A stretch of 64,000 nt of DNA, taken from Callorhinchus milii. Taxonomy: Eukaryota. Shown in pieces: positions 38,196-49,716 of this stretch. Location of the stretch: contig NW_024704742.1 of NCBI RefSeq assembly GCF_018977255.1, forward strand, positions 119,786,001 through 119,850,000, written 5' to 3'. Every line of letters begins with the position of its first letter. The stretch's first letter is position 1. The translations under genes and the position numbers were made by a program. The notes beneath the pieces are model-generated. The model was not told where the DNA came from. It saw only the letters and a list, made by a program, of their open reading frames with translations, and did not search any database.

Positions 38196-38831
38196 ATCTT
38201 TGTTACAGGTAAGGTTTCTATATTTATTCCTCCTACAGCTTATTTAATTTATGCTAGTAACATAAATAACTACCATGGACAGGGGAATAGAGGGGGAAAG
38301 GAGAAGGGAATAAGAAGGATGCGGCTCGTATAGAGTATAAACGGTCTCATTCCGTGTCATATTACTTTATGTAACTATTACTGAAGGCTAAATAGACTGA
38401 AAAAAATGAAAGATCTGATACTGATAGATGTATAAACAAAGAGACATATAGAGAGGCATGAATAATTTGCTGAGGTAAAAATCAACAGACATTATTGTCC
38501 AGAGCATAAGTCAAAAAACTAGTATTTTGTAATTACTGAAAAATTATTGTACAACCGTTCTGGAATAGACTGGGTAGTCCACTATTCCTCCACTGTTTAT
38601 TCATTACATAAGTCTAATCTTCAGCGAGCTTAACTACACATCAGAGAAGAATCTTCATTTCCCATTTACTTATTCTTGGTGCTTTACTCAAAGTCAGTTA
38701 TTCAGACTCAAATGAGAAATAGAAATGAGTCTTGGTATAACAGGAGAATTTTTACTGTCTATACTTGAATAGAAATAAAATATAAATATGCTTGTGGTAT
38801 TCACCTTTGTAACCAAATCATCAGATCCCAC

Positions 38832-39009
38832 CTTGGTGTCTGTTTTGTCCAACTTTGATTTCCGTTCCTTCTCTTTGTCTTTCTTTTTCTTTGAGGTAGA
38901 ATGCTCCCTTCTGCTCCTGTCTCGGCTCTGAGCTCTTGAATTTCCTGTGATCTTGTCTCTGTCTCTGCTGTGCTCTTTGTCTTTATCCTTCCTTTTTTCT
39001 TTCTTACTT
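38832..39009 (-). CDS. SREK1: SREK1 exon 11
   Basis: tttgccag|A...AAG|gtggga. Encodes SKKEKRKDKDKEHSRDRDK...STSKKKKDKEKERKSKLDKTDTK. Confidence 0.9.
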
Positions 39010-39374
39010 CTGGCAAATAAACAAAATTGTGGTATAAAACTGGCATTATAAAAACTAATCATACATGGTCAGTGTTTCGGTTTATTCTTTAATATATTAT
39101 GTTATACAGCTACAAAAAAACTGTAGATGTAATCAGTGGCATTTCTTCAATCACCTTCAACACAGTACAAAATCAGAAAGCTAAGTTAATTTCAGGTGAG
39201 ACCCCCCCCCCCCCCCCCCCCAACACCTTGGGACATCATCCTGACATGAAAGGCACTAATATGAATGCAATATTGTTGTTGTTCATTAGGAACAATCCAA
39301 ATTAGATTCAACACAAGTTTCTGAAAGTGAGATTTCAATTAAGTCAGCTTTTTTTTCCAACTATACCACTTTGG

Positions 39375-39610
39375 TAGTGGTTGTTCACGTCTCACCACCA
39401 CCGGTGGAACTGTCTCCTACAAAAGGCTGTGGACAATGGATCCATTCACATCTTCAAGACTGAGTTGGACAGATATTTTTTAGGTCAGGGTCTCAAGGGA
39501 TGTGGGGCAAGGGCGGGTAATTGGAATTGAGGTACACATCAGACATGATCTTATAGAATAGTGGAATAGGCTCGAGAGGCTGAATGGCCTACTCCTGTTT
39601 CTATGCACCC
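39375..39610 (+). mobile_element. CR1 3'-end fragment
   Basis: ggaactgtctcctacaaaaggctgtgga...aggctgaatggcctactcctg. Similar pieces near 17905-18045, 28170-28300 and 60700-60865. Confidence 0.7.
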
Positions 39611-39682
39611 GTCATATTTTTGAATTATATTGCACTGTATTGTAATAAATTATCCAGTTCGACAATTTCTGTAAAGGCCCAC

Positions 39683-39772
39683 CTTCTCGGAGAAGCTGAT
39701 CTTGAAAACTTTCTTTTTGGTGTTCTTGACTTCCTTTTAGATGGACTCCTGCTTTTCTTTCTGAACCTCTCT
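39683..39772 (-). CDS. SREK1: SREK1 exon 10 (RS)
   Basis: ttatatag|A...AG|gtgggc. Encodes ERFRKKSRSPSKRKSRTPKRKFSRSASPR(R). Confidence 0.88.
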
Positions 39773-40610
39773 CTATATAAACAGAATTACACACAATATT
39801 CAAATCAACAGGTAAGATGTAACAATGAAATAGACAATAAGAGAGTATGTGCCTGTGGAGAGTAGCAAAACAGAAATAGGAGAAGGTCCATCAAGCCTGT
39901 TCCATTGGATCTAGACAGATCTTTTCATCTCAATGCCCTCCATTTTTACTTTGACAACCCAAGTCTCTCCCCCCCACCCTTGCTTGACATGTAAATCATG
40001 AAAGGCGTTATATAAATGCAAGTTGTCATCTCTGATACCACTCATAAATTTCAGTTAAAAAGCGCTAGGATGTTTTTCCTCTGTTGGATGGACCAACCTG
40101 GAAGGACAACTCGATCATCATCAGCCTCTCTGCCCCCACCCTTTGGAATTCCATCCCACATTCACTTGGCTTCTTCAAGGCACGTCTCAAGACCCTCCTC
40201 TTCGGCCACCCTCCTACCCTCCCTGATCACACTCACTCCCCACATCTGGCCCGGGTCCAAATCCTGGACTGTCCAGTGCCTTAGGATGTCCAATCAATGT
40301 GAAAGGCGCTCCACAAATGTAATTTTGCATTGTATTATATCAACTCAAGTAACAAACAGCAACAGCTTGTTATATAGGCCCTCCACACAGGGCAGTGTCT
40401 CAGAGCGCTTAACAATGGTGGAGCCGGCGCCACCCGTGAAACCAAAGCCAGATCCATTCGATCATATGCCAGCTTAAGTGAAGGCAGGTACTTCAGTGCT
40501 TAAACCCTACTGCTAACTCAACACTACGTTGTTTTCCAAATTAGACATTTCTCTAGTTTTACGAATTAACATAACTATAAACAGTTCAGGTTTATCACAA
40601 GGTATCTCAC

Positions 40611-40751
40611 CTGCTTGGGCTCCGAGAGCGTCTGGATAAGCTATAGTTTCTTTGCGGGGTCCTGGATTTCTTTTCTTTCTTTTTCCCATATTCTCTGTCT
40701 ACATCTTTATATCGCTCCTTTACTTTACTTTCCCTTTCTTTCTTCCTTTCC
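40611..40751 (-). CDS. SREK1: SREK1 exon 9 (short EK-rich segment)
   Basis: gctaacag|G...AG|gtgaga. Encodes ERKKERESKVKERYKDVDREYGKKKEKKSRTPQRNYSLSRRSRSPS(R). Confidence 0.9.
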
Positions 40752-42959
40752 CTGTTAGCATGCACAGATAAAAAGGATAAGGATTAGAAGATGAGCTTCA
40801 AAACAGGAAGGAGTTAAATCACTTGTGGTTTGGTATAATTTTGTAGCAGTTTTCAACTAATTCAGAATTAAATAGTTTAAACTTCTTTGCCCCTCAGGAC
40901 AAGTATTTTGATAATTATTGTAATTTATTCAACTTTATCATTCAAGATAGTACAAAATGCATACCCTCATAAGGCTCAGTTGAGAAAATACCACAAAGTG
41001 GTGCAACAGTAATCTAACTGAATACTTTGATAACATTCCTCCAGAGAAAAATAATTAATGCCAAATTTAACCTCAACTGTTATTGGAAGCACATGGCTCA
41101 ACATAATGAGTTAAATTCAGTTGAGAGCTGAAAATAAAACATTCAACAAAAAAAAGACAACATTTTTCTCAAGTGTTTAGTGACCATTTAGTCATCTATA
41201 AGAAAGGTCAACTTTACAGAGACTCAAGATATAAATAACAAACGAGAAGATGAAGTGATGACATGTTGACCATAGAGACTTATACACTTTGATCACCTTG
41301 GATTTCATGCATGAATCAAAAACATCTGAATAAAACAATTATTTTACGCACTAAATTTCACCCACAAAATGCACAGTCAATCCACTTCACAGTATTTCCT
41401 GTGAAACGCTTTAAGACGTCTCAACAACTTGATAAGGCGCTAGAACAAATATAAGGGTTATTACTATTATTTTAGAATTAGGCATTTCTTACTCAGTTTT
41501 TCCAAGAAAAATTTATTTAGATACAATTATACAAAATCTCATATCACCAATATCTTTTAACTAAATTGTGGGGGGGGAAATCCTAAAATAAATTAACAAT
41601 ATAAACGTTCACATCTATTACACTGATTGACCCAGTGAACACTGATGGGAAAAACTTTTAGACATTATGTGGAAAGAATCTTATAAACATTGAGCTCCAT
41701 CTGGTGGATATCAAAAGAAATTCATTCTATACCAGGCTATTCTCTAGATATACAGTGTTTCAGTAGAGGACACATCCACTTTCAGATTTTTCCCTCTTCT
41801 ATTAACAAGAGTTGATTGAACAATGATATGTAACATAGCCTATTTCGTAAGGAATTAACACCCATGAGATACATTTCAAGCGAAATCTCAAAAGAATTGT
41901 CAATCTCCTCCTGTCCCAAGCTTTGGCTGAATCCCAACTTCGGCAACTGTTACAGATTTCCACTATAACTACTGAGAACACATAAACTCACATAATCCAC
42001 TTACTGAACAACAATGTCCAATCCACAGCTTTTAAACCATCATAATGCTTGAAAAAAAACAACCACTCCAAATTTCCACTCTTGAAACTTTTTTTTTTAC
42101 ATTCAGAATCTTAAGATTGAACAATCAATTTAAACATACTTAAAACAGAAAAAAACTTAATGATCTGAATACTGTATTCAATTTGATAAACGCAGGAACT
42201 AACTATTCTGCTCAACCTGGAAGCTCAACAAAAACTATCGACCTTCCACTTCCTGCACAGAGCCTGATCAACACGCAGGAAGCGGAGGGTGCACTATGTA
42301 TGTCTGACGTGTAGTTGTTACAAAGTTCTGAACCACTTGACAAGGGAACCTGAGACAAAATGGCTGCTGCAACATCACTTCCCGTGAAATGCGCAAGAAG
42401 TGACAATGTGACTAGGCTGTAATAAGGTACAGTCAAGATGGCACTTCCTGCACACGTGCACTGCGCAAGAACAATAACTTGCATTTACACAGTGCCTTTC
42501 ACACACAATAGTGTCTCGGAGTGCTGCAAGAAGCAATGTCAAGGATAGTTACTTTTATAATGAGCGTAAGTTAGAGAGAGTACACATGATATGAGAGGCA
42601 AAAGAGAGATAGAGTGATTTAGTGAGAAGGAAGGGGGGAAGACATGGGTAAAGAAGTAGGAATGAGTGAGGGAGTGTGACCCCCATCAGCCTTGATTGGT
42701 ACCCAGCACCATCTCTATAAAGTGTTTCAATACATTATTTTACATAAAGGACCATCTCTATATCCAAACTGTTCAGATGGTAAAGAACGAGTTTGGACAG
42801 TGAATAAGACAGAAAGACTCTTAGAGAAAGAACGACAAGGCGAACAGACATACAGAGGGAACAATCGCACAACAAAATTAAATAGTGAAGGGTGGGGGGG
42901 GTGTAGATGGACAGATACAAGAAGGCACAGAATAACAGGCAAACAAAAGACAGAGACTC

Positions 42960-44150
42960 AACAAAAACTTGCACTTACATAGTGCTCTCCACGCAGGGTA
43001 GCGCCTCAGAGCACTTAACAGTGGCGAAGCCTGACTCCGAGCTGGGGGTGGGAAGGTGACCATAAGCACGGTCAGAAAGAAAGGTTTTCAGGCAGGACTT
43101 GGAAAAGATGAGAGGGATCCGCAAGGCGGAGGGATTGAGGGAGAGTCTTCCAGAGTTTCAGAGCATAGTGGCTGAATGTGCAACCTCCAATGGTGGAGCG
43201 AGGGGACGAGAGATGAGCAGGAGGCCGGTGCCAGTCGAGCGGAGGTGCCAGGTGGTGGATTGGGGAGTGAGGAGGTCGGAGAGGCAGGGAAGTGCCACGT
43301 AGTAAAGGGATTTGAACACGAGTGTGAGGATCTTGAAGTCGATCCATTCGGTGATGGGGAGCCAGTAGTGCCTGGTGAGATGGGGGTACAGAGTTTGGCC
43401 GGGTAAGTAAGCAGGCAGCAGAATTCTGAATGAGCAGGATTTTTTAAATAGTGGAGAAGTGGTGACTGGCGAGGCGAGTAATCCATGCGAGGCGAGTAAT
43501 CCATGCGAGGCGAGTAATCCATGCGAGTGGTGACAAACACATGCACAAGGGTTTAGGCTGCATTTGGGGTAATGTATGGTCGGAGGTGGGCAATCTGGCA
43601 GATTGGAGGAAGGTAGTACTGGTCAGGGACCGGATGTGGGGAAGGAAGGACAAATGGGGGTCAAACCGGATGCTTAGATTGCGCACTGTTTCAGTGAGTC
43701 TGAGGGAGAGCGCAGTGAGGTTGAGGAGTTCAGATCCGCAGGAGTGAATACGTTGACGGGAACCAAGGAATATGGCTTCCGTCTTGTCCACGTTCAGCTG
43801 CAGGAAGTTTACACTCATCCAGGCCCTGATGTCTGCCAGACAAGATAACAGAGCATCGGCGGACCTGGAGTCGATACTGGAAGAGGCAAAGTAGATTTGT
43901 TTGTCATCCGTATACAAGTTCACCCCATGTCTGCAGCATATAAATGAGAATAAAAAGAGCCAAGGATAGAGCCCTGGAGTACCCAGCAGGGGCAGGAAGA
44001 GAAACCATTTGCCGAGATGAAGTGGAGGCGGTTGGTTAAGTAGGACTCGAACCATGCGAGTGCGGTCCCACTAAGGTGGATGAGGGAGGAGGCCGTGGAG
44101 GAGGATGGTGTGATCAACTGTGCCGAACGCAGTAGCGAGATCCAGGAGGA
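42960..44150 (-). mobile_element. L2 LINE RT fragment
   Basis: GTALAWFESYL; AWMSVNFLQLNVDKTEAI; L2-type 3' tail near 42960. Confidence 0.9.
43469..43527. repeat. 18-bp tandem triplication (gcgaggcgagtaatccat x3) inside an L2 copy
   Basis: Gives RMDYSP x3 in the minus-strand L2 frame. Confidence 0.9.
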
Positions 44151-44428
44151 CTTTTCACAAAGTTATACTCACTACCAATAGCTTCGTCCTACTTACACAT
44201 TCCCGGATAAGTTCCCCTTCCTATTGCCCATCCTGGGATGTGCCACTTTACTATTTTATTGTCATTCTTACCAGGAATTTTTGGCTTTTAAGTCAGAACC
44301 TGTCAGATGGCAACACCAGTGGGAATTTGTGTTTGTGTTTTTTTGTACTGCTGAGAAAATATTGTTAAAACACTGTAACTAGAAAGACAAGATATTAGGT
44401 TTGATGACAAATTTCAACTGATGTTTAC

Positions 44429-44557
44429 CTTGATCTGGAACGACTTTTAAACCGTCGTCTATCTTTGGATCGGGAACGCTTTTTGCGAGGACTCTTGGAT
44501 TTCGGTGTTTCTTTGTGTCTCGAGTGGGATCTGCATGGTGACTTGCTCCTGGAACGT
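44429..44557 (-). CDS. SREK1: SREK1 exon 8 (RS domain)
   Basis: ttttttcttgag|A...AG|gtaaac. Encodes RSRSKSPCRSHSRHKETPKSKSPRKKRSRSKDRRRFKSRSRS(R). Confidence 0.88.
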
Positions 44558-45653
44558 CTCAAGAAAAAAAATACAGAATGCTTTGTGATGATAAAATTAC
44601 AAAGAGTTACAATACAGTAAATATGCACTAAAGTGCTGTTAGAAACCAAACTATGAACAAATAAGCAAGATAAGATTTTTCCTTTTTTTAAATTACCATA
44701 GTAAATAAAAATTTCAACTTCTTTTAAAAAAATCTTTATTTGCAAAAAAATCAGATTCAATGTTTTTAATCATACTTTTTTGGTCAGCAAGATGCCCGAC
44801 GCATGTAGAAACCAAACACCGTGCTTTCAGAGTATCCAAACCAAGCTGAGATTTCCATGCATCCCACCTACACATGGAAATCCCAGAGATAAGATTGTTG
44901 GAATGGTATGCGCACTCTCTCCCTGGAGGGACGCATTCTGCTTATCTAATTCTGGAAAGTATTAGGCGCAGTTTGGCAAGAGTCAAGGCCTGGGGAACCT
45001 CATAGAATGCGATGGGGTACTGTTAAGAGTCTAACCAACTAAAAACGATCAGCTTGCCATGTTGCTGTCCGGCAAGCTTTCCAGCTGCTTGTCCAGCGTG
45101 GACCCCTGTTTTTAATCCTACAAGTAGTCAATGAACTATCAATGTTTGTGGGACATTGCTGTGCGCAATTGGCTGCCGCGTTCGCCCACAAATATACAGT
45201 CAATTCACTTTACAGTCTATTCTGTGAAGCGCTTTGGGACGTCCTCCCGACGTGAAAAGCGCTATATCAAATGCAAGGATTATTATTATTATTATTATTA
45301 TTATAATGTTCCCCAGATCAGCATTAAAGATACCATTACAGTATTCAAAAAGGAGAAGAAAATTGTTCTCAGTGTTCTGGTGAACAATCCTCATGTTAAT
45401 TGTTGAGCAACAGCTGCTCTCAACCTCCACGATTTCCTATTAGTGGAGTTCAATGAGTTGGAATTAGCTGTGGGCAGGAAGATGGTGCAATGTAAATAGG
45501 TAAATAGGATGTGTCTCTCAGGAAGAGATTGCACACTCTACTGTAGCCACAGCAACTTTCCAAGCACAGGTGGAGCTATCAGTCTGGGTTATATACTCTT
45601 AACTACAGTAATGAGTTTCTGCATATGTCAGACAAAACTACTAAGGTACTCAC

Positions 45654-45738
45654 CTCTGTTTTGACCTTGAACGAGATCTTTTTGCTTGAGATTGAGATTG
45701 GGATCCTCTGTTTTTAACATCACTCTCTATTCCTATCT
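45654..45738 (-). CDS. SREK1: SREK1 exon 7 (start of RS domain)
   Basis: ttttgtctcaag|AG...AG|gtgagt. Encodes (E)IGIESDVKNRGSQSQSQAKRSRSRSKQ(R). An in-phase acceptor 6 nt further in is also possible. Confidence 0.85.
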
Positions 45739-46116
45739 CTTGAGACAAAAAAATGAATATGTAAATACTCAGTAAGCGTAATGTAGACAAATGACAAACT
45801 ATATGCAGAAAATCTAGTGCTATGATATTCAGTTTTATGTGTCGTTTCTTTTAGATGGCAAACTAATAGCAAAGATATAAAATCGGAACTTCATTGCTCC
45901 AACAGTGATGGTATAAATACATTTATAAAACATTTTTAACTATAAATAATTAAAATTCACAATTTGTCTTGCATCAGATATTGGAATTGTTTTATTTATT
46001 AGTTGTCAAACTTCTAAGGAATGGATTTACCCTGGAGTATTCAACATCAAAAATATCTGTTACTAATTAAAAATATAAGTTATTTAGAAAATGGACTCCT
46101 GATTGGGCCAACATCA

Positions 46117-46437
46117 GGAGTCCTGTAGCTCAGTGGTTAGAGCACTCGCTTTGCAAGCGAGAGACCTGAGTTCAATTCCAGGCAGGGCCAAACCTTGGGC
46201 AAGTTTCCTTACTCCACACAGAGCCTAATAATAATCCCTCCAAAACCAAAAACAATAATAAATTGGTCATTTTCAATCTACGATTGTTTGTGGGACATTG
46301 CTGTGCGCAATTGGCTGCCGCGTTCGCCCACAAATATACAGTCAATTCACTTTACAGTATATTCTGTGAAGCGCTTTGGGACGTCCACCCGATGTGAAAA
46401 GCGCTATATCAAATGCAAGGATTATTATTATTATTAT
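46117..46437 (+). mobile_element. tRNA(Ala)-derived SINE, full length, with L2-like tail and (ATT)n
   Basis: A box TAGCTCAGTGG, TGC anticodon arm, B box GAGTTCAATTCC; tail gtgaaaagcgctatatcaaatgcaagga(tta)n. Confidence 0.9.
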
Positions 46438-47536
46438 AACATGGTTTTGTTGTTGAGTCTTGGCTCCCAGAAGCCTTACTGCAGAACTTTAACCTGCGTT
46501 ATTCCTTTAAGCAGCAAAGTGCTATCAATCACTTTATTGCGTGGAGGCACACAACGAGACTGTCACTCAGATCACTGTCAGTTCTGATGCTCCTGGACAT
46601 CAAAACGTCCACTGGGGGAAAAAAAAGCCTATATTTTTCTACTTCACTATTCACAAGATTATCCTTCCCCCAGCTAAAATAAAAACAACTTTTATTTAAA
46701 AACAAAATCTCCAATGGACACATGTATACGTGCACAATTTTTGCATAAGTGTATACGTGCACAATTTTTTATGTCACCATGGAAGGAATAAGTAAATGGT
46801 TATAAAGAAAACAATATTGACAGAGACAGGTAATCAGTATAAGTATCAGATTATACTTAAGATTCCTTCATTAGCCCTGAATTGATGTGGATTTCAGTAT
46901 CCCTGGTACTATTTCAGAATTAATTAGTTTGTAGTGATAAACAAGGGCTGGATTTCCAAGTATATACAGTATATATCTATATTAAACTTGCAGGGCATGT
47001 CTCCCCTGATGAGCATTAAGCCAAACAGACCAAAATGTTGCTGCTCAATTTCTGATGAACTATGTACATATGGACATATGGCTTATGTACAGCTGGGTCA
47101 AAAATTGAGGCGTTAAGACTCATTAACTCAACTACAGTCTGTTGCTAGAAACAGTAAATGAGAGGAAGTCAGATAATAAGACGAGACTCAATGTCATTCT
47201 CTCCACCATCACCTAGCATTCCCCATGTAGATTCACATATGAAAAATGGTAATTTGGAAAGAGGCACCTGAAGATTGCCAGCACCATGGAACCATACTCC
47301 TGCAAAAGTCAGCTTCTTCACAAAAGGCGTTTAAATTGCCAAAATAAAATGAGCTATGGTTGCACTAGTTTAACACTTGGCTTTTCCAGGGAAGGACTTC
47401 AGTAGTTCTAATTCAAATTTACAAGAATTAGGTTCTTGACTAAACCTTCAGTGCAAAGAAAATGATTAAATTCATATCTTCATAAGATCTGGGATTTTAA
47501 TGAAAATATCAGGCTTGCTTGTTTACTTCAACTTAC

Positions 47537-47679
47537 CAATTCCTGGAATTGGTTCAATAGCTGCTGATATAAAGGACTGTGCTTCTCTTACTCTCTTCAT
47601 TACTTCTTCAAGTTCTTTGGCAGCAGCCTGTGGTGTCATCTCAGGGGGCTTCACAATCGCATTATTAGAATGATTGATT
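47537..47679 (-). CDS. SREK1: SREK1 exon 6
   Basis: aacctag|A...ATTG|gtaagt. Encodes INHSNNAIVKPPEMTPQAAAKELEEVMKRVREAQSFISAAIEPIPGI. Confidence 0.96.
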
Positions 47680-47859
47680 CTAGGTTAAAAAAAACTTATT
47701 TTAAGCACATTGCAATAACTGGTTTGGCATATTTGGAGATATGGATCCAATCAATGGAATTAGCAGCATAACAGCCATCTAGGTAATTTGCAATATGGAA
47801 TGTATGCAAGTTGTATAATTCTTTGCTGGACTGTTCTCAAAACCATCTGCCTGTGTGAC

Positions 47860-48187
47860 TGGATGATTTAATGATGTGAAGAGATTTACACACAGCAGTG
47901 AAGTGAAAGACCAATTTTATTTGAAGCATTGTTGGCCAAGACAATGGGAGAAATTTCCTTATCTTTCTAAATAGAGCCATGAGATCCTTAAAGTCCACCT
48001 GAACAGGCAGATGAGACCTCAGTTTAACGACTCACTCAAAGGACAGCACCTCCAACAATATAGCATGCTCCCAGCATTGTATTTGAGTGTCAGCCTCGAT
48101 TCTGAGTTCAAAGTTCTGCCGTGGGGCTTGAACCCCAATCCTTCTGACTCAGAAGCGGGAGTGCTACTAACTGAGCCAGGCTGACAC
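47860..48187 (-). mobile_element. Deu-domain SINE
   Basis: gtgtcagcctggctcagttagtagcactccc head; ggaggtgctgtcctttgag...cgttaaactgaggtc core. Confidence 0.78.
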
Positions 48188-48605
48188 TCAATTCATATAA
48201 AAAAATAACATTTTTTAAAAAAAAAGCCACAATTCTAATAAACCGTTTTTAAAAACCACTTAGCAAATGTAATAACTTAGTGGCAACTGCTTAAGCTCAA
48301 CAAACAACTGAAAGAGTTTGGACAGTTATCTCAATTTTCCAACTTTAAGATTTATTGGGTAAAACTTTGATTAACTATTAGATTTGTATTTCATGATTGT
48401 GTAAAAGGTCATTTTGTGTTTATTTTTCTCAGCTGCATTTGCCTGATTGTACTGTGGATTGCTTATTTGAAGTACATTTTCATGTATTACAATATATTGG
48501 AATAACAACACCAATTGCAGTCATTATACCATCTGCTGATTTGGCATTTAATAAACAATGCCAATAAACAACACAATATGTAACGTGAAACCAAATAAAA
48601 CATAC

Positions 48606-48784
48606 TTTAAAGGTCGATCCCCAAACATGGCTCCGTTAAAGGCCAAAGCTCGTAGTACTGAACCCTGGTCAGCAAATTCCACAAAAGCAAACCGAGTTGG
48701 TTGAGTCTCATCTCCCGCCATACGAACAAACTTCACCTCACCGACTTGGCTGAAAAATTCAAGCAGCTGGTCTGCTGTTGTCGT
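48606..48784 (-). CDS. SREK1: SREK1 exon 5 (RRM2)
   Basis: tttctaaag|ACG...AA|gtatgt. Encodes TTTADQLLEFFSQVGEVKFVRMAGDETQPTRFAFVEFADQGSVLRALAFNGAMFGDRPL(K). Confidence 0.96.
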
Positions 48785-49257
48785 CTTTAGAAAAAGATAA
48801 AGGTAAAACAGGCTTTCATATCATTGTTACAGCTAACAATGCATCTAATGTGAAATAGTAATGCAATTTTCAAATCGATTTATTAAATTGTGATACCCAA
48901 ACAGGCAGTAAAGGTGTGGTATAAAAAAACATTCGCTCAAAAAATATAGTCAATTCACTTTAGAGTATATTCTGTGAAGCGCTCTGAGATGTCTCAAAGA
49001 CGTGATAAGGCACTATATCAAAGATTATTATTATAGGAACCAGACCTACATTCTAGCCCACTTTATATACTGACCAAATAATCAAGCCTTCTCATTGGTA
49101 AGAATTCATAGCAAAACTCAAGAGTCAATTTTGAAAAAGTTCAATCAATTGTTATTTATAATCCATTGCATAGAATTTATTTTTAAGGACAGAATTTTTT
49201 CTTTTTTTAGGGTGAAAAAAGTTATTGGCAGGTTTATTGGACAAGTTTTTAAATTAC

Positions 49258-49461
49258 CTGCGAATTCAAGTTTCCAACATAAACTGTTCTTCTGATTTCT
49301 TCAATCTTGGAAGGATCCACATTTCCTATTGTGGGGTGTTGAGCGTTTATTCCCAGGGCGGCAAAATTGGGATCAAGTCCTTGCAGTGCTCCCAGTGCAC
49401 CAAAGGGAATAGAACCAACAACAGCACCCATTGCACTACCAACTGCATCAACGGCACTAAT
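49258..49461 (-). CDS. SREK1: SREK1 exon 4 (linker and start of RRM2)
   Basis: tttgacag|ATT...CAG|gtaatt. Encodes ISAVDAVGSAMGAVV...GNVDPSKIEEIRRTVYVGNLNSQ. Confidence 0.92.
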
Positions 49462-49600
49462 CTGTCAAAAGAAAATCTTGGTTTGAGAAGCATGTAGATT
49501 TCATATTACAATTTATATAATGCCATAAGCAATGCACAGTTAAATTATTTTACTACAAAGGAATGCTTATCAAACACTCAGGGTTTAAAATGTCACTTAC

Positions 49601-49716
49601 TGAAGCAAGGGGGCTGCAAGTGGGGACTGGGAGCAATCCTGCACCAGGCATCAAGCCTGCAATAGAAGTGACAGGTGCCAAAAGGGCCAAGGCTTTGCTT
49701 TCATCTGGGATTTTTC
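49601..49716 (-). CDS. SREK1: SREK1 exon 3
   Basis: ccgcag|GA...TCA|gtaagt. Encodes (G)KIPDESKALALLAPVTSIAGLMPGAGLLPVPTCSPLAS. Confidence 0.95.

Noticed and set aside
46117..46190. tRNA-Ala(TGC)-like sequence (also at ~7040-7109, 20436-20510 and 21310-21381)
   Set aside because: It runs directly into a SINE body and tail, and the acceptor stem does not close properly; these are SINE heads, not tRNA genes.
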